Of a stretch of DNA of 64,000 nt, positions 23,601 to 31,928 are shown one piece after another. Under the pieces are notes generated by a model, which was given only the letters and a program-made list of their open reading frames with translations, was not told the DNA's origin and made no database searches. The DNA comes from Elusimicrobiota bacterium (GTDB lineage Bacteria; Elusimicrobiota; Endomicrobiia; Endomicrobiales; JBDRNC01). Numbering within the stretch: the stretch's first letter is position 1; the number at the start of each line of letters is the position of its first letter. Location: positions 64,001 to 128,000 of the forward strand of contig JBDRNC010000021.1 in NCBI GenBank assembly GCA_043811535.1. Direction: 5' to 3'. The translations under genes were made by a program, and so were the position numbers.

Positions 23601-26600
23601 AACTTTAATGATTGCGAGCCCTACGGCAAGGCGCTGAACTTCCAGTTGGCCGGCACCGGGGAATACTCGTTCACGAATATTGATTTCGACTCATCCGTGT
23701 CCACCAATATTTATGTACCCGATCTGGTTTATCCCGGTTACGTCAAAATGCTGGATTCAAAAGGCGTGAAAGCGGGCTATCAGTATGAAGTTGACCCGAA
23801 CAATGTCGTGTTCTGGTCGACGGCAATACCGCCGGTCAGTTTTGCGGGAGTTACGCCCACGACGTATTCGATTACGTGGGACTGGACGAGCCTTGTTCCT
23901 GACTCACTATTTTACAGGGTCTTTGCCTCCACCGGCGGCATGCAGAGCCCGGTCATGACTGCCGTGTCGGCCTGGACGGAAGAGGGCCTGATGCCGAATA
24001 CCTCGTACCAACGCTACGTGGACGTCTATAATCCGATACAGGTAAGCTCTCAGTCACCGAGTGCGTTTAAATGGACACTTACCAACAAGCCGCTGGGCAC
24101 TTATATCGCGGGCAGGTCGTCATACAGCATAACGCTTGACTGGCAGATCAACAACAATCCGCCGCTTGAAACCCAATATCTCATAAATTATTCCACGGAC
24201 GGCGCTTTCGTCCAGTGTTCCACCGCGTCATATTACGCCCCGAACAACGCTATTACGGGTCTTGACCCGTACACGACGTATTACATCCAGATACGCGCCA
24301 GTAATAAGGAAGGAGCTCTGACCTCTTATGACACGATGGTGACCACTGCGACCCATCCTCCGTATATCGCTCCGATTTCCACGGTGACATATCCCGTAAG
24401 CGGCAACGCCTACAATTCGCTCCCGACGATATTCGGAACGGCTTTTGTGGTCGCGCCGGCTACTGTCGCGGTCGTGTACATAGAGCTGTACAATGTTAAC
24501 GATGACCTGTATTATGACGGCGGCGCATTCAATGACAATACGCCCGAGTGGCTCCCAGCCACAGGTAAAGGCGAATGGACTTACGCGGTTCCCGCGCTGA
24601 CCAGCGAAAAGCTTTACAGGATACGCACTTACGCCAAAGACGATTACAACAGGGATGAAACGCCCGGGCCGGGGTGGTTCATAACTTTCGATACGAACAC
24701 GCCGGTTTCTTATATACAGAAACCCGTAAATAACAGCGTGTTTTCAGCGCTCGCGTTAGTTTCTGGAACGGCTGACGATGTCGAGACAAGCATACAAAAT
24801 GTTGAGATACGGCTTTACAGCCAGACGAACAACAATTATTACGACGGGACGCAGTGGGTCGTGGATCCGTCAACGTGGCTTGCGACGGATTTTGCGGCTC
24901 CTACATGGGATTATACGCTGCCGGCGCTGACATCCGGGTATTACATGCTTAACGCCAGGGCGCTGGACAAAGCGAATAACTATGAACCGGTTTTCACGAC
25001 ATCCACTTTCTACATGCTCGGCCACGCGGTGCGTTTACTTGTGACTGCTCCGGGGCAGACGCTCGCGCAGGGCTCGGTTCCCGGCAAGATCGGAACTCCC
25101 ACTTCACGGGTAGCCGGCGTGCCGTTTGATGTGACTGTCTACGGCGTTGACACTAACTATTACGTTGATACGACGACAAACTCGCAAGTGACGATAGTCA
25201 CTTCCGACGATCCGTACAATAACGAGCCCGTGCCTTTGGATCTTGTCGGCGGGACAAGAACCTTCGCCGTCACGCTGCTGAAAGCGACAACCTCCTCGTG
25301 GGTGACCGCATTGTCGCAGGATTTGATAAGCGATACGACCGGTTGCATAGTTAATTCAAATAACCCGGCCAAACTGCAGCTGCTGTTGCCGGGTCAGGCC
25401 ATGGATCCGGGTTCATCATCCGGTTCGGGAAAATCCGGGGACGCGGATGTAACGCTCGCGGGGGCGTCGTTTGAAGCCACAGTAAACCTTACAGATAATT
25501 ACTGGAATCTTTCTACGGCGGCTTCTCCGGTGGTAGGACTTGTCGCTTCGGATATATACGCGGTCATTTCCGATTCGCAGACGCTAGTTAACGGGACAAC
25601 AGTATTCTCTTTGACGCTTGTGACCGCTTCTACGCCGTCTTACACAACGATAACCGCGGGCGATAACGCCGCGGCATATGCCACGAACGCTTCCACGATT
25701 ACAGTTATTCCGAATACAGGGACGAAGCTTCTGGTAGTGCTGCCCGGCGAGAGTTTTGCCCCGGGCGTGCCTCCTTATACCGAAAGTTCGGTCGGCGGAA
25801 AATCCGGCTCGCCGTCAAACTTGCCGATTCTTACTCCGTTCTACGTGACCGTACGGGCCACTGACGACTGGTGGAACATTCAGCCCTCAAGCAATCCCAA
25901 CGTAGTGATACTGACATCAGACCCGAACGACGCCGACGGAGGAAGCGCGCCGCTCCTGGACGGTGAAAACCAGTATCCTTTGACGTTCGCTACCGAAGGC
26001 GCGTGGCAGGTTAACGCTTCGGGAGTTGATTTCGTAGCGCTTTCATGCACGAGTTCGTTCGTCAACGCGCTTGACGCGACGCCTCCGTGCGCGGTATCAA
26101 ACCTTACCGCGATTTTGGGCCCCGCGCACGGGACAGTGCGGCTTATGTGGACGGCTCCGGGCGACAACGGTTCAAGCGGCAACATATCAGGCGGCCAGAT
26201 TTGGATACGCTATTCCGACGGCGGGCAGGTAACGGATTTCGGTTCGCCTTTGGCCACATGGGGTGAGAGACTGGTTTCAACCGATACTACGGTAAATACC
26301 GTTCAGAGCATAATAGTAACAGGACTGACGCCCTGGACGACTTATTACTTCGCGATTAAGGTTTCCGACGGGTTGAACTTCGGCTCATGGTCAACCTCGG
26401 GCGTGAATACCGCTAATTACGCGCTTGCCAAAGACACGGCGCTGCCGACTATCACGAACCTGCAGTCAGGCGATTACAATTGGAGAAGCGTGGATCAGGG
26501 TAATATTTATAATGTAGATTTTGAGGACTTGGATTCCGGCCTGGGTGAGATTGAATACGCCGCTTATACAGGCCTAAACCTGACCGGCAGTCAGCGCATT

Positions 26601-29039
26601 GGCTGGACCCAGATAGCGCCGGTTGCCGGCGATGCGTCTTATACGGATCCGTGGGGCGTTATCTTTAGCCAGTTAGTGGAATATACGACAAATTACATTT
26701 CCGTGAGGGCATATGATCTTGCCGGCAACGTGGCGACATCCTACGATGTATTCAAGATATTCGTTGATACGACCCTGCCTACAACACCGACGCTTGTAAA
26801 TCCGGCTGATGGTAATGGTATTGGGTCAAGTTATAGCTTTACCTGGTCAATATGTTCCGACGCGCTCAGCGGTATGTATGAATATCAGATCCAACTTTCA
26901 GGAAATGACATTTTCAGTGCGGTCATAGTGGATACAACTTCCAATACGAACTCAAAGACAATAAACGGAATGTCAGATGGCCAATTATGGTGGAGAGTAA
27001 GGGCAAGAGATATTGCTGACAACTACGGCGCGTGGTCTTCAAGCAAGACATTCACGGTTGCCGGGACTCCGCCTGCCATGCCCACAGGATTTGACGGCGT
27101 AGCTTTGTCTTCTACAGTAATAGACTGGTCATGGACGGACAACGCTACAAATGAAAGTTCTTATAAGCTATATTTTGCCACGAGTCCAGGCACAGGATTT
27201 ACTTCCATATCGGCAAATGCCACATATTACCTTGAAAACAAACTCACGGCGAATACTTCTTCTTACCGCTACGTATCGGCATTCAATTCAAACGGTGACA
27301 GCAGTCCCTCTGGTTTCGTAAGAAGATTCACTCTTGCCAACGCTCCGGTATCTTTGGCGTCAGTTTCCGTGGGATATTCAAGCGCTTCATTCATATGGCA
27401 GGAGAACGGCAACTCATCGGTTACGAGATATGAAATGCAATGGACAACCGATCAGACCTGGGCTATTGTTACCGGGACGGGAACGCCGTCACAGGGTTCA
27501 ACAGCCGTCATATCGCCTCTTGCTGCCGAAACGACATATTATACAAGAGTACGCGCGCTTAACAACGATGATAAATATTCGGATTACGAAATCTATTACA
27601 GCACCGTTGTAACGCCCGTCGGCCCGCCGAACGCCCCGACCGATTTTGACGGCGTCGCGCAGTCCACGTACAGCATATACTGGTTCTGGACCGACAACAA
27701 CACGAAAGAAGACGGCTACCGCATTTACAGCTCAACGGCCGGTTTGTTGTACCAGCTTGGCGTCGGCGCCTCTTATTACCTTGAAACAACGCTCACGCCG
27801 AACGCCGGGACGATACGCTACGTCAAGGCCTATAACGCTTCAGGCGAAAGCACCGCTTCGTCGTCGGCCACGAAATATACCTACCCGCTGCCTCCGGTTA
27901 ACATCGCTTCTTCCGCGCAGACGCCTACTACGATCACTCTTACTTGGGAAGCGGGCAGCGGAGGCGCCGCAAGGTATTATATTGAACGTTCAATAAACGG
28001 GACGGCCTACGAGCCGATAGTGGCTTGGGCAACCAACGTGTCAGTTCTTACATATCAGGACCTCAATCTGATCCAAAACACGTCGTATTACTACAGGCTC
28101 GGCGCGTATAACACTGACCAGCTGCTCAGCGCGAAAAGCGACGCGTTCGCGGTCAAGACGCAGGACGCGCCCAAGGAAATTATTTCAGGCAAGGTTACCC
28201 AGGCGAACGGCACTCCCATCACCGGAGTCGAGATCAAGGCCTCAAAGAGCGGTTCGAGCATAACATACACCGTTTATACTTCCACCGGCGGCGAATATAG
28301 AATTGAGCTTGAAGCGGCCATAGCGGCGGGTACGTACAAGCTGCAGGCATCCTGGACAGCCAACGGCATCGTTTCCAGCGTCTACAAGGACGGCATTGCA
28401 AACGGAACGGCCAACGTGGACTTCACGCTGGAGACAGACTATGTGCTTGCGACGGTGACCGGGCAGGTTACCATCGCGCGCGGCCCGCAGGCCATAAGAA
28501 AGATGGCATCTTTGGGCATGGGTTCATCGCCGGCGTTTGTTGAACTCATCCAGAACGGGAAAGTCATACTGCGCCTGGGAACCGACAAAAACGGCAAGTA
28601 TTCCATACCGAACCTGCTGCCAGGCAGATATTCCGTCAGGGCTTTTAACGGGCTTGTATACTCACAGACAACGGTAGTCGACCTTAAGGAAGGCGACAAC
28701 CTTAACATAAACTTCAATTATGATCTGCTGCAGCCGAATAACGTTTACGCATATCCCAACCCGGCCGCGGACGTGGGCGTCGTATCACTGCACTTTGAAA
28801 CTTCCGGCGACGACGTGGACGCCCAGATTAGCATCTATACGATATCGGGCGAACTTGTGAAATCCGCGGACCAGAGCAATTGCGTTATCATAGATAACAT
28901 CTATGAATACAAGTGGGACCTTACGAATAATGAGAACAGTAAAGTCGCTTCAGCGGTTTACATATTTAACGTGAAGGTGCGGAACAAGACTACCGGCGAA
29001 ACAGCCAGCGTGACAAAGAAATTCGCAGTAATAAGATAG
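11604..29039 (+). CDS. Giant (5811 aa) secreted multidomain adhesin-like protein with a T9SS-CTD/FlgD-Ig-like C-terminus
   Basis: Signal peptide; SBBP-like propellers; about 7 FG-GAP/VCBS repeats (WGDFDNDGDLD); many FN3 units (LTWSxPGDDG...TYYFKIW); three BNR-like propellers; beta-helix-like region; Ig and carboxypeptidase-regulatory-like domains; C-terminal YAYPNP...IYTISGELVK...WDLTN...VASAVY...KKFAVIR. Confidence 0.85.
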   Translation: MSRYKIIICALLISGLYGLNLSPVHADFQPVWTSTYIPTGTGTLGAAGWGVAVSSNTGDIFMVGYSSQNVMGNSWLLRKYSKDGTLLATTDYMFVTNTTGVDIAQKVVISGNNIYVAGVYTGDGMDIALCKFDFSLNIIATTTISTASDEGQYGLSLAGDNAGNIYLAAEILNDIGGGDSFGARGTVRKYDANLNCIWVDTWSAIGDSSNAKGIAANSSEVYACGQDWQGSPWYDGVLHKYDNSGSLLWVSTFGVNGAEDEFQDVIIDSYGDVYVTGFTEQFGTKDVVLRKYNASGTLLWGTTYNSPANLSDQGTGIALDNNGNIVVVGASNRSDIGQDINILLMHYTTGGLLLNVTDYDYSGSNYDHSYDVAFSSDGYLYVAAFVGYDGASSRMWLRKYSIIGNSPPPGKVTGLTAVRSSQVYLTWTSPGEDGYTGNISNGMWRIACTSDVAKNADTAEYYVAWSTNANQGTVHSRTVTGLVPRVTYYFWIQAMDDSNNWSVWSDSAAMVSGSYVFYQSPGGADGWGPGDYGGIAWGDFDNDNDLDIAVNGHDGSNNRFRIFRNDSGNFNLHADPAGTPAPAMGDVAWADFDNDGDLDIAVCGNDGASNRFRVYRNDSGTFNLMQEPAGVTGPGGWGNLATGDFDNDGYIDIAVIGQDGAANRFRVYRNEKSSFTLYAEPAGAVGPSDGGVAFGDYDNDGDLDLVVTGSGGFEVYKNNNGSFVVGQDLGGLTGGDAAWGDFDNDGDLDLAVCGNDGNRRFSIYRYDGGLFYLHADPAGPTTGPVGSVAWADYDNDGDLDVAVNGFDGTAQRFRIYRNDSGAFNLADEPMGPVGPGYGAIAFADFDGDGDLDVAVNGQIAANLRRFIIYKSLETENSNVNNPPVEPPAASMSAGYNAGRIEFTWSYGSDTETTESKGLYYSVRIATSQIIEGLDKWIVSPSTGAGASPFLGDYPHGFIVANSTQPGLILKPPVDDATYYWQVRTVDTGLKSSVWSATSSYYYINSEPPAAVTNLKAFAGGIEGTVKLEWSMPGDDEWTDALPSGSKFKVQYSTSSNGFPPNPWNFNAAQVAVSTSGVQPTTLVNYTITGLTGGGTYYFKIWHADEIPNWSELSNTATGYAKDNAGVIVSTGSVDFGNGNGINGRNIVRTSNGDLYHAYIRKYATKPRIFVSRSIDNGLTWSDATVTPIDYQGGSGGTNITESALAVDSKDVLHLAYCSSDNGTPANEGVFYSSASAPPGTSWTTAVKMPGSYPYNGYEHGPNIAVASDNSLHMVWYGEDGAGNTNDVIRYSSKTADSNSWNNYQLLPGGGLVGIFQPKLAIDNRNGLHVVMTRENAAGTQLHYRIAYTSKTLTDSAWVPLYDIVDFTGSGRFQGTPAIVVDSTTIHVVWTGQDDENTVNYQIKYSSKSITGSSWSDWVNIQTISEAPQYEPAITADAGGQIYVVWSGSDSANNIMNIKGSKYSAGAWGSWTNISNGGGNQTRPTLRWSGWFNNEGNLNLGWVSKVGSDYQIRSYTDYTVNMSTGFLADKIGPAIVTNLTAQAGTVEGRIQLTWSMPGDDGWSGALPPGSNFSIQYSSSSDGNPPSPWSFSMPQISMSTSGVQPGTLVNYAITGLTGGSTYYFKIWVNDANANWQGGLSNTATGWAMDNAGVIVSTGEMVFTGDRPIVRASNGDMYVAYTKTVSGYEHVFVAKSFDDGKTWSDTNGGISIENTGSYGQSSPSLAIDSKDVIHCAWSGYDGSYVANSQVKYCNSGNGGTSWSGWINLSDYISYGQGAPSLVIDSKDELHCLWDGGDPSYANSQIKYSSSTTGASWSIPANIQVLSGRTQVNASAAVDAKNNIHVFWEGFDDTYTANKQIKYSIRLSTSASWSTWVNIAVDVGGQEMFPSSVIDSSQVAHCVWQDYTSGVNQVKYSSSTIGSGVWTTAQNVQYIATIHQYNPTITVDSADELYCLWLGSDTASSIRQIKGSKNLGAGWTSWANISNGCYDQIGPAARWSGWKLNEGYLNFVWVSPGPVDSDHGSIRFYTDYSVNMSTGFIADKTGPAIVTNLTASGGYKENSIMLTWSAPGDDGWAGALQPGSNFSIQYSSSSDGNPPSPWSFAVPQIMMSTSGVQPGTLVNHVITGLTGGNTYYFKIWVNDEESNWQGGLSNTATGYAQTNAGVIVSTETSSVGMVGFGRKIVRDNSGNMYFAYTRTISSFERVYVAKSVDEGATWTNTNGGQPIESVGPGNYSQSYPSLAIDSNNILHCIWGGRDSVNSFDQIKYSSSTNAGSTWGAWQNIQVITGYTQYMASLFVDSHNGLHCVWTGMDNVNTAKYQIKYSSRATGGSWSDWVNVGVVAGYDQSDASLVVDSHNNLHCVWDGWDSVNTANWQVKYSSRSADGSTWSDWSNITAIAGFSQWKPSLAIDSQDILHCVWNGTDAGNAQYQIKYSSVSAGESQWSSWTNIQTISGRNQYNPSIAVDANDNLHCVWNGYDSANTNIFQIKYSSRSSTGWSQWANLSRGLVDQQNASLRWSNYFNNTGKLGIGWVDYNGTTRKVRYLQDNNTDMRTGADATPPDPVNTLAAITGQFKGMVNLSWTSPGDDGITGILQPGSRFSVQYSTSPAGTPPGSWDHSFAQVVVSTSGNPVMPASRIVTGLTNGSTYYFKIWYGDETPNWSGLSNTATSWAQVDNVGPAIVTTLSAEQGDWVGSVRLVWEAPGDDGWAGTLVSGSEFIIEYSTSPNNWGNPAQVIVSTSGIDPHSICSERVGGLDPGVTYYFCIDVKDEIGIYSGLSSTITAWAAVPAEGMDSLTQYNGGADGWMSRFSGGSFGDDVYNSVTTDPSGNVIAAGYTGIGANQDILVKKFNSSGTVLWTRYYNSAANGYDAANGVAADPSGNIIVAGYTQRTDLAEGYNIWVRKYDSNGTVLWTDTYNSPADDYDSAQSVSVDVGDIIYVVGSIKRSDISEDDNIWLRKYNPNGNIVWTSTYASVGNYSDIGKSVYVKGGNVYVAGEVYNIATGYDIFAARFNDANGLLQMATTFTGAGSFADYGNGITADSLGNFFVAGSYYDSVNSKQVGWVSEFNSAGVLVATKTYAGGANTNSAQSVALDGNGALYFTGYEEVSDPDYRIWTMKLGVNGLTNWTTYYQSISDMNSGNSVTVVSSSIVYVAGTTYISGENKNTWLRKYIQHYPNAVPGGYCSSTQTATSIRWDWADNATNEAGYRVKLSSPVYDPINLSHSGDLAIDATYWMQTGLIPNTSYTTYVEAFTFWGSTPSFAASTCTAANPPLNSRVVSRSSDTITIQWDANNNPGYTRWGVWYSTDNFVGSLQPLFIFGNNFTGYSTTHDTLMLETTYWYRVAAYNENSLMTDYDTYFATQTIDNIPPPIINVTANTGAGEGQVALNWLTGSDNGFSDPLPPGSQYRIQYSTDSVYPWNLNTAQIVISTYGITPATPVYYTVKGLKGGDTYYFKLWTADEIPNWTGLSQTATAYAGGDILVHVWNGGGLSQQASDEDNWVNSSAPDPGDRVEFVVAYSVKNCNWDLPIAISTMFVQAAYSQAVTITSFVYVSNYLDFEGDNTFMVIASSIALGGDLYITKSNLFDVRTSTVYFTGTSPAGFKTINTMALYGPATFWTLIFNTPETVYANNKEFKIFGNIDFVDGTFDTSGSTVNFCGNLTRTGGNQVQATSGIWIIDGGANQSMDPNNSHFWNLEIDKVSQSTVTFAGLACIDNDISIKNGVLAWGSQNVELAGNLNVYSPAQLQGGNGTLRPVGSKNTIIDMPSYVKIKCPVYIDKDASGYTVSIASPSLEIVGSLDVFIGHLDITNKALKVRGIVRSGSGIMSVAGSTVIVTGDNYSLTGTTLPFNVLIIDNPGASTGLSFNGGITNVWDYFTITPNSYAKIVSGASLIVEHDIDVNGKFEVTQGTVGTHGNIAVDKDGSIDMTNLSQGILTAEKTLKLKEGSILKTGSMSDVICSTSTDTYFGFEVAGGSIDISGLSIFNLNASGLVISSYSYVLNLSSVNFNDCEPYGKALNFQLAGTGEYSFTNIDFDSSVSTNIYVPDLVYPGYVKMLDSKGVKAGYQYEVDPNNVVFWSTAIPPVSFAGVTPTTYSITWDWTSLVPDSLFYRVFASTGGMQSPVMTAVSAWTEEGLMPNTSYQRYVDVYNPIQVSSQSPSAFKWTLTNKPLGTYIAGRSSYSITLDWQINNNPPLETQYLINYSTDGAFVQCSTASYYAPNNAITGLDPYTTYYIQIRASNKEGALTSYDTMVTTATHPPYIAPISTVTYPVSGNAYNSLPTIFGTAFVVAPATVAVVYIELYNVNDDLYYDGGAFNDNTPEWLPATGKGEWTYAVPALTSEKLYRIRTYAKDDYNRDETPGPGWFITFDTNTPVSYIQKPVNNSVFSALALVSGTADDVETSIQNVEIRLYSQTNNNYYDGTQWVVDPSTWLATDFAAPTWDYTLPALTSGYYMLNARALDKANNYEPVFTTSTFYMLGHAVRLLVTAPGQTLAQGSVPGKIGTPTSRVAGVPFDVTVYGVDTNYYVDTTTNSQVTIVTSDDPYNNEPVPLDLVGGTRTFAVTLLKATTSSWVTALSQDLISDTTGCIVNSNNPAKLQLLLPGQAMDPGSSSGSGKSGDADVTLAGASFEATVNLTDNYWNLSTAASPVVGLVASDIYAVISDSQTLVNGTTVFSLTLVTASTPSYTTITAGDNAAAYATNASTITVIPNTGTKLLVVLPGESFAPGVPPYTESSVGGKSGSPSNLPILTPFYVTVRATDDWWNIQPSSNPNVVILTSDPNDADGGSAPLLDGENQYPLTFATEGAWQVNASGVDFVALSCTSSFVNALDATPPCAVSNLTAILGPAHGTVRLMWTAPGDNGSSGNISGGQIWIRYSDGGQVTDFGSPLATWGERLVSTDTTVNTVQSIIVTGLTPWTTYYFAIKVSDGLNFGSWSTSGVNTANYALAKDTALPTITNLQSGDYNWRSVDQGNIYNVDFEDLDSGLGEIEYAAYTGLNLTGSQRIGWTQIAPVAGDASYTDPWGVIFSQLVEYTTNYISVRAYDLAGNVATSYDVFKIFVDTTLPTTPTLVNPADGNGIGSSYSFTWSICSDALSGMYEYQIQLSGNDIFSAVIVDTTSNTNSKTINGMSDGQLWWRVRARDIADNYGAWSSSKTFTVAGTPPAMPTGFDGVALSSTVIDWSWTDNATNESSYKLYFATSPGTGFTSISANATYYLENKLTANTSSYRYVSAFNSNGDSSPSGFVRRFTLANAPVSLASVSVGYSSASFIWQENGNSSVTRYEMQWTTDQTWAIVTGTGTPSQGSTAVISPLAAETTYYTRVRALNNDDKYSDYEIYYSTVVTPVGPPNAPTDFDGVAQSTYSIYWFWTDNNTKEDGYRIYSSTAGLLYQLGVGASYYLETTLTPNAGTIRYVKAYNASGESTASSSATKYTYPLPPVNIASSAQTPTTITLTWEAGSGGAARYYIERSINGTAYEPIVAWATNVSVLTYQDLNLIQNTSYYYRLGAYNTDQLLSAKSDAFAVKTQDAPKEIISGKVTQANGTPITGVEIKASKSGSSITYTVYTSTGGEYRIELEAAIAAGTYKLQASWTANGIVSSVYKDGIANGTANVDFTLETDYVLATVTGQVTIARGPQAIRKMASLGMGSSPAFVELIQNGKVILRLGTDKNGKYSIPNLLPGRYSVRAFNGLVYSQTTVVDLKEGDNLNINFNYDLLQPNNVYAYPNPAADVGVVSLHFETSGDDVDAQISIYTISGELVKSADQSNCVIIDNIYEYKWDLTNNENSKVASAVYIFNVKVRNKTTGETASVTKKFAVIR
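14620..19260 (+). repeat. Three tandem ~1.5 kb intragenic modules (FN3 + BNR-like propeller)
   Basis: Units start near 14620, 16190 and 17720. Recurrent PGDDxWxxALPxGSxFxxQYS, NAGVIVST and VNMSTGFxADKxGPAIVTNLTA; long stretches of near-identical DNA between the FN3 parts of units 2 and 3. Confidence 0.85.
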
Positions 29040-29079
29040 ACGGAAGACCGAAGATGGAAGAAGGAAGGGAGCGATAAAA

Positions 29080-30660
29080 GTGGAGAAATACTCCGGAATC
29101 ACATTATCTATGTTGAAAAAAATGATGGATTACTTGCGCACACGCCTGCCCTCCATTGTTGTCGGCCTGTTTGTTGCTTCCGTCTTCATTCTTCCGTCTT
29201 CGTTCTTATTTGCTATCGAGTTGCGTTCCGTAAAAATACTCGATTCGCTCCGCACAGCCCGCGACAAGTATTCTTCGTCGGAAAGAGTCACGTTCAGCGC
29301 CGAGGTATATTCGGCTTCCGCGGGCGAAAGGATAAATTTTTCGTTCGTGGTCTTTAATCCGCTGAACACGCAGGTATTCACGCATACCGGGAACTCAATT
29401 CCCGGCACGGCAGGCGCAGGCGGCAGCGAGCTCGCCAACGTCCCTATCAGCCAGTTCTATTCGGGGTTCGGCAATTACGCGCTTGAAGTGACCGCGACCC
29501 CGATCGGCGGGTCGGCTGTAAAGCAAAGGATAGCTTTTACAGTATATTCCCCGATAATAATCCTTTCGTACCCCGGCAACGGCGCGAAAGACCTCATAGA
29601 CCAGCCGCTTACGTTCAGGTGGATAGGTTCCGGGGCTTCAAAATACAAGCTGTATGTTGACGACGACCAGGCCTTCTATAACACGATGTTTACCTTCGAG
29701 ACAATGGACACTTTCTGCTCATATCCGCAGAATCCTTCGGATACGAGGCAGAAGCTTGTCAGCGGCCAGGTTTACTACTGGAAGGTGGATGGGCTTGACG
29801 CCGTGGGCAATAAAGTGGCTTCTTCGCAGGTTCCGTTCTCGTTTTCGCTGAAAACCGATGTCGGTTCCACGACGAGCGATGTGGCTGTGACGGCGGTCGC
29901 GCTCGGCGGCGAGATTACGCCCGCCCAGATTCCAATTGACGTGACGCTCAAAAATCAGGGGGGCAGGGCCGAGTCCAACATAACCGTTACGCTCTACATC
30001 TCGGGCATGGTATTCGGAACATATAAGGTGCCATTCCTCAACGTCGGCGAAACAAAAGTAATAAACTTCAAGGTTGAACCGGCAAGCCTTGTTCCGGGGC
30101 AGCCACTTTTCGTGAGCGCGACGCACGATCTTTTCGACTCTAATTTCCAGAATAATATATTTACGACGGTGATCAGGCTTAACCAGAATATTTTCAAGGA
30201 CAGGCTCGCGAAAATCCTGGGCAGAATCACCATGGAAGGGGAAGGAAAAGGGGAAGGCAAGGGAATAGAAAGCGCCAAGATTTCCTATGAAGGCCCGAAA
30301 GCGGGAGAGGTTCTGAGCGGCGACGGCGGACAGTACAAGATAGAAGGACTGCCGACGGGGATATACCAGTTGAAAGTGACGCACGCGGATTACAAGGAAG
30401 AAAAAAGGGAGATTTCCATCGAGGAAGCGAAACCGTACACCAACGTGGATTTCAAACTTGTCAGAAAAGAGTCAAAGCAATTCACGCTCGACGAGATATG
30501 GGGCGTGATATCGGAAAAACTTTCAAGCGATATCCTCAAGGAGCTCAACGGTTACCAGATTTCCGAGATCAAGGGCGCCGGCGAGAAGGATGTGTTCGCT
30601 CTCGTCGATCAATTGAAGAACGGCAAGGCTAAGATTACTGAAGCGAATATAGAGTACTAA
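29080..30660 (+). CDS. Exported Ig-fold protein with CARDB-like and carboxypeptidase-regulatory-like domains
   Basis: N-terminal hydrophobic segment; DVAVTAV...VTLKNQGG (CARDB-like); GQYKIEGLPTGIYQLKVTHADY. The start could also be 29110 or 29122. Confidence 0.7.
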   Translation: MEKYSGITLSMLKKMMDYLRTRLPSIVVGLFVASVFILPSSFLFAIELRSVKILDSLRTARDKYSSSERVTFSAEVYSASAGERINFSFVVFNPLNTQVFTHTGNSIPGTAGAGGSELANVPISQFYSGFGNYALEVTATPIGGSAVKQRIAFTVYSPIIILSYPGNGAKDLIDQPLTFRWIGSGASKYKLYVDDDQAFYNTMFTFETMDTFCSYPQNPSDTRQKLVSGQVYYWKVDGLDAVGNKVASSQVPFSFSLKTDVGSTTSDVAVTAVALGGEITPAQIPIDVTLKNQGGRAESNITVTLYISGMVFGTYKVPFLNVGETKVINFKVEPASLVPGQPLFVSATHDLFDSNFQNNIFTTVIRLNQNIFKDRLAKILGRITMEGEGKGEGKGIESAKISYEGPKAGEVLSGDGGQYKIEGLPTGIYQLKVTHADYKEEKREISIEEAKPYTNVDFKLVRKESKQFTLDEIWGVISEKLSSDILKELNGYQISEIKGAGEKDVFALVDQLKNGKAKITEANIEY

Positions 30661-30740
30661 ATACAGTTACAATGTTTCATTGTTTCAATGTTTCAGAAAT
30701 TATGAAACATTGAAACAATATTAAGAACAAAGGTAAAATA

Positions 30741-31742
30741 ATGAGAAAACAGTTTCTACTGCCACTACTGCTCATAGGTTTTATGTGCGCGCCGGTATTT
30801 GCGGCGAAAAAGGATGTATCCGGCGTCGTGTCGAATGTCATTGGCACCGCGCAGATCCAGCGCGGAAGCGCGGGAGCATGGGCCAACGCGAAGATAGGCG
30901 ACTTTGTTTACGACGGAGATTCCGTAAAAACCCTGCCGCGTTCGCGGGCCCTTATTAGTTTTTCAAACGGAGTTGAGGCAAGGCTGCACGCCAATACATT
31001 ATTCAGCGTTGTGCCGAAAGGCGCGGGGAAAAAGGCGGAAGGCAGTACCATTAAGATGAATATAGGCAGGCTATGGGCAAAAGTTCTCAGGCAGAAAACA
31101 AAATTTGACATAAAAACACCCGTTGCCACGATATCGGTGCGCGGAACGGAGTATGAAACAGGCGTCGGAGAAAAGGGCAACACGACGGTCAAGGTTTTCG
31201 ACGGTGAAGTTGAGGTCGGGAACGAATACGGCAATAAAAAGTTGAAAAAAGGCCAGATGAATTCCACCAATCCGGGCAATCCTCCGGGTGACGCGAAGGA
31301 TATGGGTGAAGGCGACAAGGATAACTGGCAGGATGAAGTAAAATCCGCGGGTTCGGTGAAGATAGAGCTGAAAAAACAGGAAGCGATGGTAAATGAAGTT
31401 GTTGAAGGCAAGGTGTCCGTCTATGATTCTCAGGGAAAACTGAAAACAGACTTTAGCAAAGAAATTAAGATAAGCTGTGACAGCGCTGATGTGACGTTTT
31501 CAAAGTCCGGCGAAGAGAAGTGGGCCGCGAGCCTCAGCGTCGCGCCCGACAAGGGAGAGGTAAGTTTCAAGGTCAAGACAACAGCGGGCGGAACAAAAAA
31601 CATATCCGCTTCGGGAGAGGGCCTTGGAGCCGGAATGGCATCGCTATCCGTTAAACTTCCCGAGAAAAAGACGCTGAAAATTAAAATAATGGACGCGGAA
31701 GGCAAGCAGAAAGAGCTTCAACTTAAGTTTGTGCCGAAATGA
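30741..31742 (+). CDS. Periplasmic FecR-domain protein
   Basis: Signal peptide; GDSVKT..SRALISF, IKTPVATISVRGT, VKVFDGEVEV; Ig-like C-terminus. Confidence 0.85.
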   Translation: MRKQFLLPLLLIGFMCAPVFAAKKDVSGVVSNVIGTAQIQRGSAGAWANAKIGDFVYDGDSVKTLPRSRALISFSNGVEARLHANTLFSVVPKGAGKKAEGSTIKMNIGRLWAKVLRQKTKFDIKTPVATISVRGTEYETGVGEKGNTTVKVFDGEVEVGNEYGNKKLKKGQMNSTNPGNPPGDAKDMGEGDKDNWQDEVKSAGSVKIELKKQEAMVNEVVEGKVSVYDSQGKLKTDFSKEIKISCDSADVTFSKSGEEKWAASLSVAPDKGEVSFKVKTTAGGTKNISASGEGLGAGMASLSVKLPEKKTLKIKIMDAEGKQKELQLKFVPK

Positions 31743-31928
31743 GCGGAACGTGAAATGCGCAAATTTGTTGATTTTTGTATCTTTATCGGTTTGCCCTGAG
31801 GGGTTTTTTTATTTTCTGCCCTTAAGAACTTCCGTTTCCGCCTTAATCCTGATTTCGTCCTGAAATGTGCTGCTAAAATACAGTATTTTCCGCAAAAATC
31901 CCGCATAACTTAATTATTATAAAAAGCC

